Below, in pieces: positions 1 to 9,448 of a stretch of 37,578 bases of DNA. The position numbers were made by a program, and so were the translations under genes. Source of the DNA: a virus; the IMG/VR virus record IMGVR_UViG_3300012943_000020, positions 1 to 37,578 of that record. One strand, given 5' to 3'. The notes below the pieces were generated by a model. The model was not told where the DNA came from, did no database searches, and saw only the letters and a list, made by a program, of their open reading frames with translations. Every line of letters begins with the position of its first letter. Position 1 is the first letter of the stretch.

Positions 1-123
1 CAGCCTTAAGCTCACGGTATTCAGCCTCTAGGTCATCAGTCCATGCCGTGCCACGCCCTTTAAACTTAGAGGTATATTTGGCAACTGCATATAAAAAGAA
101 CAATTCAAAGTATTCGGGCAATC
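1..123. repeat. Terminal overlap copy 1, identical to 37456-37578
   Basis: Exact 123-nt identity read directly. It lies inside a minus-strand CDS, so it is most likely a circular-assembly overlap or circular permutation. Confidence 0.9.
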
Positions 124-850
124 CTTCCAGGGTGTCATTAGCTGTAAGACTCATTTTCTGGAACTTACCACGCGCAAAGAACTGATAAAATTGACTTGGT
201 GCAGGATAAAGTTGCGCCCGTACAATGCTTGTTTCTGGGAAAGTAATAATAAAACGGGGTAATCCTTGCAACGGCTCATACTTCCAGGCCGCCAAAAACT
301 CATCACGGCTTTTGTCGATTAAAGGATAAGTTACCCCGCTTAATAAAAGCCATGCACTGTCAAGATTGGCCAATCGTCCTTCTTTAATGTAGGCGACATT
401 TGGATCGCTAATATCTTGGGTGAACGTAACCACTACCGGCCCCGTTAAGGTCGCATCAGCAGTCATCGTAATGACATTACCAAGAATGGATAAAATAGAC
501 GTGCCTAGTGGAATTCCAGAACCGCTTAATTGGTCGCCCACCGCATACAATGCCCCATTAACCACGGTAAAGGTCGGATCGGTAATCGTAAGCGTCACTT
601 GTTCAGTCTGCGTGGCCGTAGTGGGGTAATCTTCGGAGGTAAAGAAAATCTCTTTTTGAGGCAAGTTAATAGGCACACTCACCGTCTTTGCAATCGTGAG
701 CAACAACCCAGAACTGGCGTAATTCTTAAGAATTTGGTTCATTACCTTAATGGCAAGCTTCTCATCATCACCATGCAAAGGCACTACAGGATTGGACGCC
801 GTTATCAATCGGTACATCTGATACACAAATTCACGAACCGTTGTGGCCAT
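1..850 (-). CDS. Virion/tail-module protein, N-terminal part. It runs off the left edge and is 313 aa in the closed circle. Tail-tubular-A/adaptor-like by position.
   Basis: ATG at 850-848. I checked every in-frame triplet down to base 1 and found no stop. The frame continues exactly into 37455->37364 (942 nt total). The ORF track misses it because no stop lies inside the left edge. It sits between the capsid gene and the 596-aa tube-like gene. Confidence 0.7.
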   Translation of the reverse strand, partial: MATTVREFVYQMYRLITASNPVVPLHGDDEKLAIKVMNQILKNYASSGLLLTIAKTVSVPINLPQKEIFFTSEDYPTTATQTEQVTLTITDPTFTVVNGALYAVGDQLSGSGIPLGTSILSILGNVITMTADATLTGPVVVTFTQDISDPNVAYIKEGRLANLDSAWLLLSGVTYPLIDKSRDEFLAAWKYEPLQGLPRFIITFPETSIVRAQLYPAPSQFYQFFARGKFQKMSLTANDTLEGLPEYFELFFLYAVAKYTSKFKGRGTAWTDDLEAEYRELKA

Positions 851-859
851 GTTCCATCC

Positions 860-1207
860 TTAGAAATTAGATAAAAATTCGTCCTTTTTTACTTCATGAC
901 CTAACGCACTTTCAGCAACCGGAAACAATGCCTCATCAAATGCAACCTCGTCACTGTCTTGCTCAATAGCTACAGGCTTAGGCTTTGCTTCGCGCTTCTT
1001 ACGCTTCGGCTTTTCTTCAACAATTTCAGGCTCAACACGCGCTTGAATATCAAAAGGAGCATCAAACCAACACCCGCTAGCCATGTGACTCTCAAAAACA
1101 TCCCACGACTCAACAAGCTTTCGCTCACCCTGTGGGCTGTATATAAACGCTCTAAAGTTGTCTTTTGAAACAATACGCCCTCTATAAACCGCATTAACAC
1201 CTTTCAT
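860..1207 (-). CDS. Hypothetical structural-module protein (115 aa, Lys-rich centre)
   Basis: ATG preceded by GAGGG RBS. Lies immediately downstream of the capsid gene. Confidence 0.6.
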   Translation of the reverse strand: MKGVNAVYRGRIVSKDNFRAFIYSPQGERKLVESWDVFESHMASGCWFDAPFDIQARVEPEIVEEKPKRKKREAKPKPVAIEQDSDEVAFDEALFPVAESALGHEVKKDEFLSNF

Positions 1208-1227
1208 CTTTTACCCTCGTCAAGCAT

Positions 1228-1265
1228 AAAATTGAGACAGCCATAAAAAGCACCATCTCAATTTT
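1228..1265 (-). terminator. AT-rich hairpin just after the capsid stop, a possible leaky terminator
   Basis: AAAATTGAGA (1228-1237) pairs with TCTCAATTTT (1256-1265) around an 18-nt loop. The T-tract is part of the 3' arm. The stem is weak. Confidence 0.3.
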
Positions 1266-1272
1266 GTTAAAC

Positions 1273-2520
1273 TTATGAACAAATACGAACCGCAAACTCT
1301 GGGTTGATAGCCACACCGCATATAACGTCAATACGGTCTAACTGCTCGTAGTTACGGATATCCGCACCCAATGAGTACGTCATTGCTAATTTGTACAAGT
1401 CGGAGTAACGAGTAACCGCTTCAACACCACCACGCAATTCTTTGATTGGGGGTGCGGCGAATACAACCGCTTGAGTATGGTAGGCAATAGACACGTTATG
1501 AGACGCACGAAGTAATAACTGCGCACCATTAGGAATAGCAGCAGAAATATTTTGACGCGCACCATCAATAACAATCGTTGGGTTAACAGGAATAACCGCC
1601 GTAGCACCATCAGCAGATATAACTTGAGCAGTAACAACAAACTGCGCACGCTGCTCTAGAGCTTGATAGGTCAAAGGGTTAACCATAAAGACGCCGGCAT
1701 CATCATCAACTTCGATAATGTCACCTTTTTGGAATACTACAGTGCCAGGCGCTTGGCCTAAACTTCCTACCTCAATAGTATTACCACTAACAATAGGGCC
1801 GTTAGTAACGATACCACCAAGCAAGAACCCAGCAGGCGGCGTACCACCAGCTTGACCAGCACCGGCAATTTGACGGCCTAAGAAGTTCGTTTTAAAGAAG
1901 TCAAAACCTGATAGATGACCAACGAACCCATCAATCAACGCACCAGTGTTCACAGTGTTATTGAATGTGGTGTACAAGTCATTCGATAGGTTAGCCGCAA
2001 CGCGTGGCATCACACCGCAAAAACGCTTACCGTCTTCGGGTATTGCCAATTCAGTCATGTACGCATCAGCAGATAAAATAGTATTGAAGTCTACGGGAAC
2101 ACCTGGAGTACCAACGGCTTGATAAGTCGCAGGCCAGAATTGTTCACGAGCAATGAAGTTTTCAACTAAGTTTGCAAGTCTCTTGGCACGTGGAGCGTTC
2201 GCCATTTCTAAATAAGGCTCATCGCGTGCACGGTCAAAAGTCAAGTTGAAACCGGTGTACTCAATCATGGTACGGAATTGCTTAGTGATTGATAACGGCC
2301 TGATAATCTGAACGCGCGCCTCAGCGGTCGCACTCGCACCCTCACCCGCCAAATAACGCTCTTCTAAGCGATAATCAAGCGTTTGACCAGTGGCAAAGCG
2401 TAGGTTTTTGAAGTCACCCTCAAGGTTTCGGTTAGCAGTTCTTGCAAAAGATAATGAGTTCCAGAAACGGACGAAGACGTCATCTAGGACGTACTGCGTC
2501 TCGCGAAAGACGTTAGCCAT
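1273..2520 (-). CDS. Major capsid protein (415 aa)
   Basis: Portal-scaffold-capsid synteny, size, GGGAGA RBS, and a long structured 5' leader. Confidence 0.7.
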   Translation of the reverse strand: MANVFRETQYVLDDVFVRFWNSLSFARTANRNLEGDFKNLRFATGQTLDYRLEERYLAGEGASATAEARVQIIRPLSITKQFRTMIEYTGFNLTFDRARDEPYLEMANAPRAKRLANLVENFIAREQFWPATYQAVGTPGVPVDFNTILSADAYMTELAIPEDGKRFCGVMPRVAANLSNDLYTTFNNTVNTGALIDGFVGHLSGFDFFKTNFLGRQIAGAGQAGGTPPAGFLLGGIVTNGPIVSGNTIEVGSLGQAPGTVVFQKGDIIEVDDDAGVFMVNPLTYQALEQRAQFVVTAQVISADGATAVIPVNPTIVIDGARQNISAAIPNGAQLLLRASHNVSIAYHTQAVVFAAPPIKELRGGVEAVTRYSDLYKLAMTYSLGADIRNYEQLDRIDVICGVAINPEFAVRICS

Positions 2521-2731
2521 TTTATGTTCTCCCTGAACAAATGGTTTTATAAATGCACGAAATGTGCGCCTATTACTCTCATTTGTCCGACGGTCGACAA
2601 TAAAATACTCGTCTATGTGTGTAGCTTGGGTGACGGGTTCCCTTACGCGTCAATTGGAAGTTTAAGCTTGTGGTTTAAAGTTTGTCAATAGTAATGAATC
2701 TTTGACGTATTTCTTGTGTAGAAAGGGCAAG

Positions 2732-2797
2732 ATACTTAAATGCGGATTTGGCATCGTGTAGGCTATGCGCCAAAATACCGCTTCCGCATTTAAGTAT
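2732..2797. promoter_or_regulatory. Long compound stem-loop in the scaffold-capsid spacer
   Basis: Perfect 15-bp inverted repeat ATACTTAAATGCGGA / TCCGCATTTAAGTAT, plus an inner TTTGGC/GCCAAA helix. No following U-tract. Confidence 0.6.
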
Positions 2798-2805
2798 TTC
2801 ATCTG

Positions 2806-3717
2806 TTATCGTCCTCTTCGGGCTTTTAGTTGTTGTAATTTACGGGCATCAGAACGGGCTATTAAATCCTCAATAGTTGATTCCTTTGCCTTTTTTGGTG
2901 CTGGGGTATGCGTATCTTCTTTCGCACGTCCTAGGGGTCGTGGTGCTTGCGTGGTTGGCTTGTTACGGCGCATGCGTTCCTCAAGCTTGCCCATTTCTGT
3001 GATTTTAGCGTATGGGTCGCGTATTTTTGAGATACGTTCCAGTTCTTGAGGGTGACGTTTTGCGGCGGCATAGATAAACGCCGCGGGGTCACTCATGCCA
3101 CGCAAGGCAAGCGTCATGGGTGTATCAATTGGCATGCTTCCCGCTACTTCTAGGAAGTCATTAAATCTATCCATACCGCTACTGAATTTGTCTTGAAACG
3201 CTTGCTGGTCTTGCTGCTCTTGTGCCTGTCTTGCTGCATTTTCCTTGCGTGAGGTCATGGTTTCAACAGTTTGTTCAACGAATCGTTGCAGCTGTTGGGG
3301 TAGGCTTTGTTCTGAATTGGGATCGAACTCAAATCCGGCGTTCGTTGCTTGTTGCGCTTGTTGCATGATGGCTTGTTGTTCGGCTTCTGGCTTGTTTTTA
3401 AGCCGTCTACGGAACATCTCGTTTACTTCCTCTTGAGAATACATGCGTGGCTTTGGTTTTTCGTTGCCGTATTCGTCAAAGTCTGCATGCTCTTCTTTCG
3501 GCTTTTCGTCATCATCCTGTGCGTGTTCTGGCTCGCTCGTGTGATCGTCTTGCGGCTCATCACCTGTATCGTAATCAAACTGGCCGTCACTGTCGGGTAC
3601 ATCCTGTTCCATTTCTTCAATGGGTTCAGGCTCTTGCGAATACCTGTGTTCCGGTGCTTCGGGTTGAGCGGACGTTTTACCGCCCATCAACAAATCATCA
3701 ATGTTACTTATATCCAT
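2806..3717 (-). CDS. Scaffolding protein (303 aa, very acidic N-terminal half, helical)
   Basis: Position between portal and capsid, composition, and AAGAGGGG RBS. Confidence 0.6.
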   Translation of the reverse strand: MDISNIDDLLMGGKTSAQPEAPEHRYSQEPEPIEEMEQDVPDSDGQFDYDTGDEPQDDHTSEPEHAQDDDEKPKEEHADFDEYGNEKPKPRMYSQEEVNEMFRRRLKNKPEAEQQAIMQQAQQATNAGFEFDPNSEQSLPQQLQRFVEQTVETMTSRKENAARQAQEQQDQQAFQDKFSSGMDRFNDFLEVAGSMPIDTPMTLALRGMSDPAAFIYAAAKRHPQELERISKIRDPYAKITEMGKLEERMRRNKPTTQAPRPLGRAKEDTHTPAPKKAKESTIEDLIARSDARKLQQLKARRGR

Positions 3718-3729
3718 ATAAAACCCCTC

Positions 3730-6096
3730 TTAGTTTGTAGAAACTTGGTGTGTCAAAATCTTTACTAAGTTGTCGGCGTGCGCTATAGCGTTGTCGCTTT
3801 CCGTGCGCTGTGTTTCAGCCATGTATCTCATTCGTTGTTCTTCAATGCTTCCGGCAAGCTCCATTTGAGCAATCTCAAGCTTCATGCGCTCAATTTCAAT
3901 TTCGGCTTCCATTTCTTTTTGTTTAAGCTGTAACTCTTGCGCTTTTACTTGTATTTGCGCTTGTTTGAATTGGGCATCTGCTTGTGCTGCTTGGGCTTGG
4001 ATTTGAACGGATTGCTGCTCAGGTGTAGGCCCTTGCTCTTTAGGCATTTGACCAGTCTTGCCCGCTTCGATAATTGCAGGGGATACGCGCGTCTTAAGTC
4101 TATTTTTAATTTCAATAGTATTAGCAAGAGGTAAGTTTTCAGCGTAGAGGTCGGCAATAAGATTAAACGCGGTTGGATCGGCTTGCAGTACTTCACGTAA
4201 TGACTGTAATGCTTCCTCTTTTTGACCTTCGTAGCTTGGACCAGGCTTAAGCCTAACCTGGTATGTACCCTTCCTAATATCGTTTTCAATCTGCTCACCG
4301 TACTCATCACCCTGGCGGTTAATAGTAATGTTCTTCATGCCCTCATCAGGCATCATCAAGGTTAGTACGCGTTCGGTATCATACACGCGGGGAATCATTT
4401 CATTAACGATTTCGCCCCCTGTGGCTATCGCACGGTTTATCGAGTTGAAAAATACATACGTGGAATAACTACCCTGGCGCGTTCTAGCATCAATGGCCTT
4501 ACCGCTTGCTTCATCTCCATTATTCCCCATGCGAGCAGGATACAGACCAGTGGACGTATATAAATCCTCAATAGCAAGCTGGTATTGTTGGAACAAAGAT
4601 TGTGACAGCTCGGGCGGTCTGATTTGTTCGGGCTTAAGTCCATCAGGGTCTTTATCATAGGCTAATAGTCCTTGAATAGCGGTAGGGTCTGCCCAGTTAC
4701 GCTGTGTATCTAACCCTTTAACTACGGTCTTTGGGCCAATCCATTGATCGTACCGTGAGCATTTTAAAATGTAGGCTGATTGAGTACGCAAATAGTTAAT
4801 GTAACGTTGCGTATCACGGCAATCACCGAAGAATGACCGGCATATTTGCTTACCCGTCTTATCGTAATAACTGTTATTGTCCACGAACACCAAGGGCAAT
4901 TGCTGGCTAGGAAATTCGGTCTTATCCAAAATGTAATTACCAGCAATACGATAATGTATAATCTTGTGTTTCTTAGAGTCGCGCTTATCTTCAATGCGAA
5001 CCATTTCCTCGCCATCCCACAAAGTCATTGTGTTTAATGGCTCGCTCTCCATTTCAGGTTGGCTTGATTGGGAATTTTTAAAGCGGTTAACGTCCATACC
5101 ATTTTCTTGAGGCAATATGTCATGAGCACCTTCGATACCAAATCCATCAGCAGGCATTGGCATCGATTGGTCTTGATTGTCCATGACTGGCATCGTTTGG
5201 CCCATCCCTGGGCCTTCGTCCATCATCCCTTGACCATCCTCAATCATCAATTGACTTTCAAAGTCCATCATGCGATTGCGTTCGTTCATTTCGCGTGAAT
5301 GGTCAATAAGGTCGTCCATTTCCTCTTGGTTTAGAATGTTGCCATTTGACATTTTATAAAGCGTGTCTTTTTCATACTTACGCACGAAATGGTCAATAAT
5401 GGTAATGGCTTCATCATCAGCCCAGTTAAACGGATCGTTAGCCTCGTCCGGTTGAACTGCAAGCGCTATTTCCTCTTGGGTTTGGGTGATGCTGGTTGTT
5501 TTTAGGATGTTCTCTTCTACGTCTTTTCCGTACACTTCACGGAATTTGACGCGGGTCATGCGCGATAGATAACCGCATAGTGTGCCGTCTGTTTTATTAA
5601 TTGTTTCTGCGCCCACATCCCAATAACAGCGGGTTGCATCTTTAAAGTGGTAATAAACAATATCCTGATCAAACGATTTTTCATGAATGTAATCCGTTCC
5701 TACACAAAAAGCCCCAAAACTACCTATAGCCGCTTGCCCAGCAGCCACTTGATAAGAAGTAGTTGCATCCGTTGAAAACATAATATCTTTGATTATCAAC
5801 TCACGAAGTTGAGCCACCTCTTGCGTGCAATTACTCATTGGCACTACTTGCAATTGAGGGGTATTTTGTTGTTGCTCACCTAACAACGAGTTTGACATAG
5901 TACCAAGCTTGTTGGACGTCAAAGGCACTTTACGATAAGTTTTAATCATATCGTCCTCTTCGTCATCAGTCCATTGTTGACCTAAAACGAAGGTGTGCAT
6001 AATGTGGTATAAATCGATGTTTTGTTTAAAGTACTCGCGCCATTTTTCGCACGCAATACGGGCTTGGCGAGCTATTTTCTCGTTCTGTTTGGCCAT
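3730..6096 (-). CDS. Portal protein, P22-like, with a Q/A/E-rich C-terminal coiled-coil barrel (788 aa)
   Basis: Directly downstream of TerL. Size fits. The C-terminal region QAQAAQADAQFKQAQIQVKAQELQLKQKEMEAE is coiled coil, as in P22 gp1. Confidence 0.8.
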   Translation of the reverse strand: MAKQNEKIARQARIACEKWREYFKQNIDLYHIMHTFVLGQQWTDDEEDDMIKTYRKVPLTSNKLGTMSNSLLGEQQQNTPQLQVVPMSNCTQEVAQLRELIIKDIMFSTDATTSYQVAAGQAAIGSFGAFCVGTDYIHEKSFDQDIVYYHFKDATRCYWDVGAETINKTDGTLCGYLSRMTRVKFREVYGKDVEENILKTTSITQTQEEIALAVQPDEANDPFNWADDEAITIIDHFVRKYEKDTLYKMSNGNILNQEEMDDLIDHSREMNERNRMMDFESQLMIEDGQGMMDEGPGMGQTMPVMDNQDQSMPMPADGFGIEGAHDILPQENGMDVNRFKNSQSSQPEMESEPLNTMTLWDGEEMVRIEDKRDSKKHKIIHYRIAGNYILDKTEFPSQQLPLVFVDNNSYYDKTGKQICRSFFGDCRDTQRYINYLRTQSAYILKCSRYDQWIGPKTVVKGLDTQRNWADPTAIQGLLAYDKDPDGLKPEQIRPPELSQSLFQQYQLAIEDLYTSTGLYPARMGNNGDEASGKAIDARTRQGSYSTYVFFNSINRAIATGGEIVNEMIPRVYDTERVLTLMMPDEGMKNITINRQGDEYGEQIENDIRKGTYQVRLKPGPSYEGQKEEALQSLREVLQADPTAFNLIADLYAENLPLANTIEIKNRLKTRVSPAIIEAGKTGQMPKEQGPTPEQQSVQIQAQAAQADAQFKQAQIQVKAQELQLKQKEMEAEIEIERMKLEIAQMELAGSIEEQRMRYMAETQRTESDNAIAHADNLVKILTHQVSTN

Positions 6097-6134
6097 GTTC
6101 AGTCCTTTGTTTGTTTACGTCAACACCCTGTCAA

Positions 6135-7658
6135 CTAAATGAGCGAACCTGCAAGCCGCTCAGGTAAACGATTAGGCTGATAACCGCCCTCGTTTACATA
6201 TTCCCCACCATAAAACGTTAATAATAAAGCCTCTGCGGTATCCGGCGATAATACACCCCGCTTCTTGGCGTCTTCTTTACTCTCAATTTGCAGCTTATCA
6301 CTAGAATCGTATTTGTACCCTAGTACGGTTAAGTCCGTCTGTAACTCATCACTATCAGGTATTTCAACGGGCATATCTTGTATTAGCCATTCGCGCATGG
6401 CATCCCATAATTCAGCCCTCGTATTTTTGTATTTGTCTGATTCTTCGGCACGCCGTGCAACATTCACCCCAGATACAATATCTTCATAGCCTAACTCATG
6501 TAATCGGTCAACAACCCCAGCACCTATACCAATTGAGTCAACGCACACACGCTTTGGCTTTTCTGCGTCAATGATACGGCGAACAATGCCCGCTAATTGC
6601 ATCAAATCAATATTGTAATGTGTTTCAAGTTTGTACGCACGTCTTCCGCGCCGTCTAATGATTGCCGTGCGGTCATCGCCTTTGCGTGCGGGATCAACAC
6701 CTATAATAAGATTAGATTCACTGTCAACCTTCGTATTACGCGCACGAATAACGTGATCGGACTGAATAAATGTATCGGTAATAGATGATAAAAACGCCTC
6801 ATCGTCTGTAAATGGGTACTCTTGGCGAAACTTGCGGCACTTTTGTTCGTAGTCGCCTTTAATATCTTGTATCTTAATTCGCCGCCAATTTAAATGCCCA
6901 GGCTTTAAACCATTGGCTGAATAAAGGTCAAGCCATTCTTGTTCCTCGTCTGTGGGTTCAAATTGCTCATCATCAATACAGTACTCATCTTGCCAATACC
7001 ATGGAACGAATATTGCTTGATAACGACTCTTGCCGTTCTTTGCTTCCTTCCAGTCACTGTAAAAATCATTGGCCTGCCCGTTAGCTGTGGATTCCTTAAT
7101 GATTTCGGTATCGTCAATCTCGGCTACCGTGTTCATGAGGCCCATGCCAATTTTTGCCGCATCCTTATAGAATGCATACTCAGATAAGTGCAAATACTGG
7201 TTGGTCATGCCGCGTCCGACTTCAACGCTTCCGGCTGTACCTACGCGATACCCTGAGCCAATACCATCATACATGAGGGTGTTATCATTCTTTTTATCGG
7301 GCTGGGGGAATATGGTCGGATCTAACTTCTCACTATAGCGCTTAGTCATTTCAAACAGCGCGCGCGTTGAGTCGGCATGATGGGTGAGGATGAATGACTT
7401 TTTACCGCGCTTAGTGACGGTTTTTTGAAAGAATCGTGCTTGAATTAACGTGCTAACGCCTTGTTGACGCCCTTTAAGTACCAGGGCACGAACTTTACCA
7501 GTGGCCTTAAGCTGTTCCTCAAGGCGCTCATGAATATATTGCTGGGCGCGATTAAATTTAAAAAGCTGTTCGTTACCACTCTTGTCATGAATAACAAGAA
7601 AGTTTTGAGCAAATAGAGGTAACGACTTTAAAACGCGAATTAGCTTTTCTTCATTCAT
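6135..7658 (-). CDS. terL: Terminase large subunit
   Basis: Walker-A-like LKGRQQGVST, an LHLSEYAF Walker-B-like segment, and a C-terminal nuclease-size domain. The track start at 7667 is TTG; ATG at 7658 is preferred. Confidence 0.85.
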   Translation of the reverse strand: MNEEKLIRVLKSLPLFAQNFLVIHDKSGNEQLFKFNRAQQYIHERLEEQLKATGKVRALVLKGRQQGVSTLIQARFFQKTVTKRGKKSFILTHHADSTRALFEMTKRYSEKLDPTIFPQPDKKNDNTLMYDGIGSGYRVGTAGSVEVGRGMTNQYLHLSEYAFYKDAAKIGMGLMNTVAEIDDTEIIKESTANGQANDFYSDWKEAKNGKSRYQAIFVPWYWQDEYCIDDEQFEPTDEEQEWLDLYSANGLKPGHLNWRRIKIQDIKGDYEQKCRKFRQEYPFTDDEAFLSSITDTFIQSDHVIRARNTKVDSESNLIIGVDPARKGDDRTAIIRRRGRRAYKLETHYNIDLMQLAGIVRRIIDAEKPKRVCVDSIGIGAGVVDRLHELGYEDIVSGVNVARRAEESDKYKNTRAELWDAMREWLIQDMPVEIPDSDELQTDLTVLGYKYDSSDKLQIESKEDAKKRGVLSPDTAEALLLTFYGGEYVNEGGYQPNRLPERLAGSLI

Positions 7659-7671
7659 CAACACCAAATCC

Positions 7672-8256
7672 TTATGCGGCTACGGTCAATATCTGCGCGT
7701 GTAGCGTCTGCTTTAATGCATTCCTTGCATCGTGTTTTCTTAATCGTTCTCTAATTTCTTGTTGATTGGGGGCTTGCGCCTCGACAATCTGTTGTAATAA
7801 ATCCGCTATCTTATGAGGTTCAACTATCAGCGCATCATCAGGTTTTACCAATGTTCTAAAGATATTCAAGTCATCAATGCTTTGCCTGGTTAAGTCTACC
7901 ATTTCGGGGCGGCAATCAATCTCATGAATATGGGCCATGCTAAATGCCGGCAAGCTTGTGTAAATAATTTGCTTAGCCATTACTTGAATGCTAAAGCGTA
8001 AACGTCTTGAATCCATCATAGATGAGGCCTGTATTTGCCCAAACTCAAAACGATTCATGTTAGTTATAGCATACAAATTAAGCATTTCGTGCTTTAGGAT
8101 AAAGCGTAGTTCATGCGTATCGAATGCATGATGACATACATCTTCTACCGCCAAGCTCCATCCATTATTTTGCAATGTAAGCGTGTCACTGCGAAACCCC
8201 GCGAAATGAATCTCAAACGGGGTAGATTGCAAAAAATAGTTATTGTGAAAGCTCAA
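7672..8256 (-). CDS. Hypothetical protein (194 aa)
   Basis: Long ORF with a TTG start 8 nt after AGAGGA. No domain recognised. Confidence 0.55.
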   Translation of the reverse strand: MSFHNNYFLQSTPFEIHFAGFRSDTLTLQNNGWSLAVEDVCHHAFDTHELRFILKHEMLNLYAITNMNRFEFGQIQASSMMDSRRLRFSIQVMAKQIIYTSLPAFSMAHIHEIDCRPEMVDLTRQSIDDLNIFRTLVKPDDALIVEPHKIADLLQQIVEAQAPNQQEIRERLRKHDARNALKQTLHAQILTVAA

Positions 8257-8458
8257 CGTATAAATCCTCTAATTCCCTTTCAAGGTTTCCGACCACACGC
8301 TTTGCAAGCTCTAATTCCTTAAGCTTGGCCTTGATACGGCCCTTGGCACGTTCTTCAAATTCGGCTTGGATCTCTTTAGCGGCTTCACTCTTTAGTTTAT
8401 CAAGTACATTTGTTTTGACGACTTCCATTACTTTCCCCATTGTTGATATAAAGCTCAT
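8240..8458 (-). CDS. Hypothetical coiled-coil protein (72 aa)
   Basis: ATG with AGAGGG RBS. Charged helical sequence. Confidence 0.55.
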   Translation of the reverse strand: MSFISTMGKVMEVVKTNVLDKLKSEAAKEIQAEFEERAKGRIKAKLKELELAKRVVGNLERELEDLYVELSQ

Positions 8459-8575
8459 TTATAACCCTCTGTTATTTGGCGAATGGAGTGGAGTTGCACC
8501 ACATTCCGCAGGTTATACCCCAATCTCATAGCCTAACTGGCGGACGACCAGGTTTGCCGTTTCAGTATTGCTACT

Positions 8576-9046
8576 TTATTCGGTCAACCGGTCAATCAAT
8601 TTATCAATTATCTTTTCGCTATTACCTTTCTGCTCATCAGCATCTTTACCGTATTGCCTAGGCAATAGCTTTGATGCTAACCACTTTCTTGAGTCAATGC
8701 GCAAACGCGAACGAGCGACAAATTCGCTGTTCAAATATTCTTCACCTGTTTCAGGATTAACCTTGGTATCGTGGCTTGTGTCGTCAGCAATTTCAAGTAT
8801 TTCTTCGGCCAATAAATCAGCCTGCGCTAGCTTGGCTTGTGCGTACAAGGCCGAAAACTCAGGGTATTTGTATCGCCATAAATTAACGGTAGACTTTACG
8901 GGCAAATCTTCATGCATGGCACACATGCGCTCAAGCCCAAGAGTAGTTGTAGCCACCCTTTGACAAATAAGGGCGGCTAACTCTGGCGTATAATCCGTGG
9001 GACGTCCCGTTTTTTTCTTAGCGGTCGGTTCCTTACGCTTAGTCAT
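8576..9046 (-). CDS. terS: Terminase small subunit (156 aa)
   Basis: The N-terminal KKKTGRPTDYTPELAALIC HTH-type segment is typical of small terminases. The gene lies upstream of TerL. Confidence 0.6.
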   Translation of the reverse strand: MTKRKEPTAKKKTGRPTDYTPELAALICQRVATTTLGLERMCAMHEDLPVKSTVNLWRYKYPEFSALYAQAKLAQADLLAEEILEIADDTSHDTKVNPETGEEYLNSEFVARSRLRIDSRKWLASKLLPRQYGKDADEQKGNSEKIIDKLIDRLTE

Positions 9047-9049
9047 AGA

Positions 9050-9235
9050 TTATGGCCCCGCTTGCTCGTTGCGCTTCTCGCCACGCATCTCACCACCGGC
9101 TTCACCAGGCTCACAATATTTAGGTTGCATTCTATTTTGTTCTTCAACTCGCTTGCCATAAGAACTAGGAACGCCGTTGTAATGCGTATTGCCACTAGCA
9201 GAATCATCGCTAGTATAGTCTTTAACTTCACTCAT
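9050..9235 (-). CDS. Hypothetical protein (61 aa), first gene of the late block
   Basis: ATG 7 nt after a perfect AGGAG. Preferred over the GTG-started alternative frame at 9043-9231. Confidence 0.55.
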   Translation of the reverse strand: MSEVKDYTSDDSASGNTHYNGVPSSYGKRVEEQNRMQPKYCEPGEAGGEMRGEKRNEQAGP

Positions 9236-9256
9236 TTTATCACTCCTGTGAAATAA

Positions 9257-9276
9257 ATTATTAATCGATTAATAAT
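9257..9276. promoter_or_regulatory. Perfect 20-bp AT-rich palindrome ATTATTAATCGATTAATAAT
   Basis: Read directly. It lies 22 nt upstream of the first late gene. Confidence 0.6.
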
Positions 9277-9439
9277 GTGGAGATCACCCTTTCTATTAAG
9301 CCAACCGGGCTAATCATCCGATTGCTGCTGCTACCCGTCTTGTCTACAAGTGACACGAACCTAGAAGGACTACCGATAGCCGTTACATCCCCACACGCTA
9401 AATGTAGCACAAACACCAACCATTTCCAAAAAATAAAAG

Positions 9440-9448
9440 TTATCCACA
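9440..9448 (+). promoter_or_regulatory. DnaA-box consensus TTATCCACA
   Basis: Perfect 9-mer in the 367-bp divergent control region. Confidence 0.4.

Noticed and set aside
1-123. The terminal repeat as a genuine packaged direct terminal repeat
   Set aside because: The repeat sits in the middle of a coding sequence that reads through the junction in frame. An assembly overlap of a circular or permuted genome is the simpler explanation.
420-874. Plus-strand ORFs 420-629 and 530-874 from the track
   Set aside because: They lie antisense to a continuous, well-behaved minus-strand CDS (850->1) with an ordinary protein-like sequence. Neither has an RBS.
2765-3049. Plus-strand 94-aa ORF
   Set aside because: It starts inside the long hairpin and runs antisense to the scaffold gene. 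It is Arg/Ser/Cys-rich, a composition typical of non-coding frames.
9043-9231. Alternative 62-aa minus-strand frame with an ATGA overlap to terS
   Set aside because: It needs a GTG start with no RBS. The overlapping frame 9050-9235 has ATG 7 nt after a perfect AGGAG.
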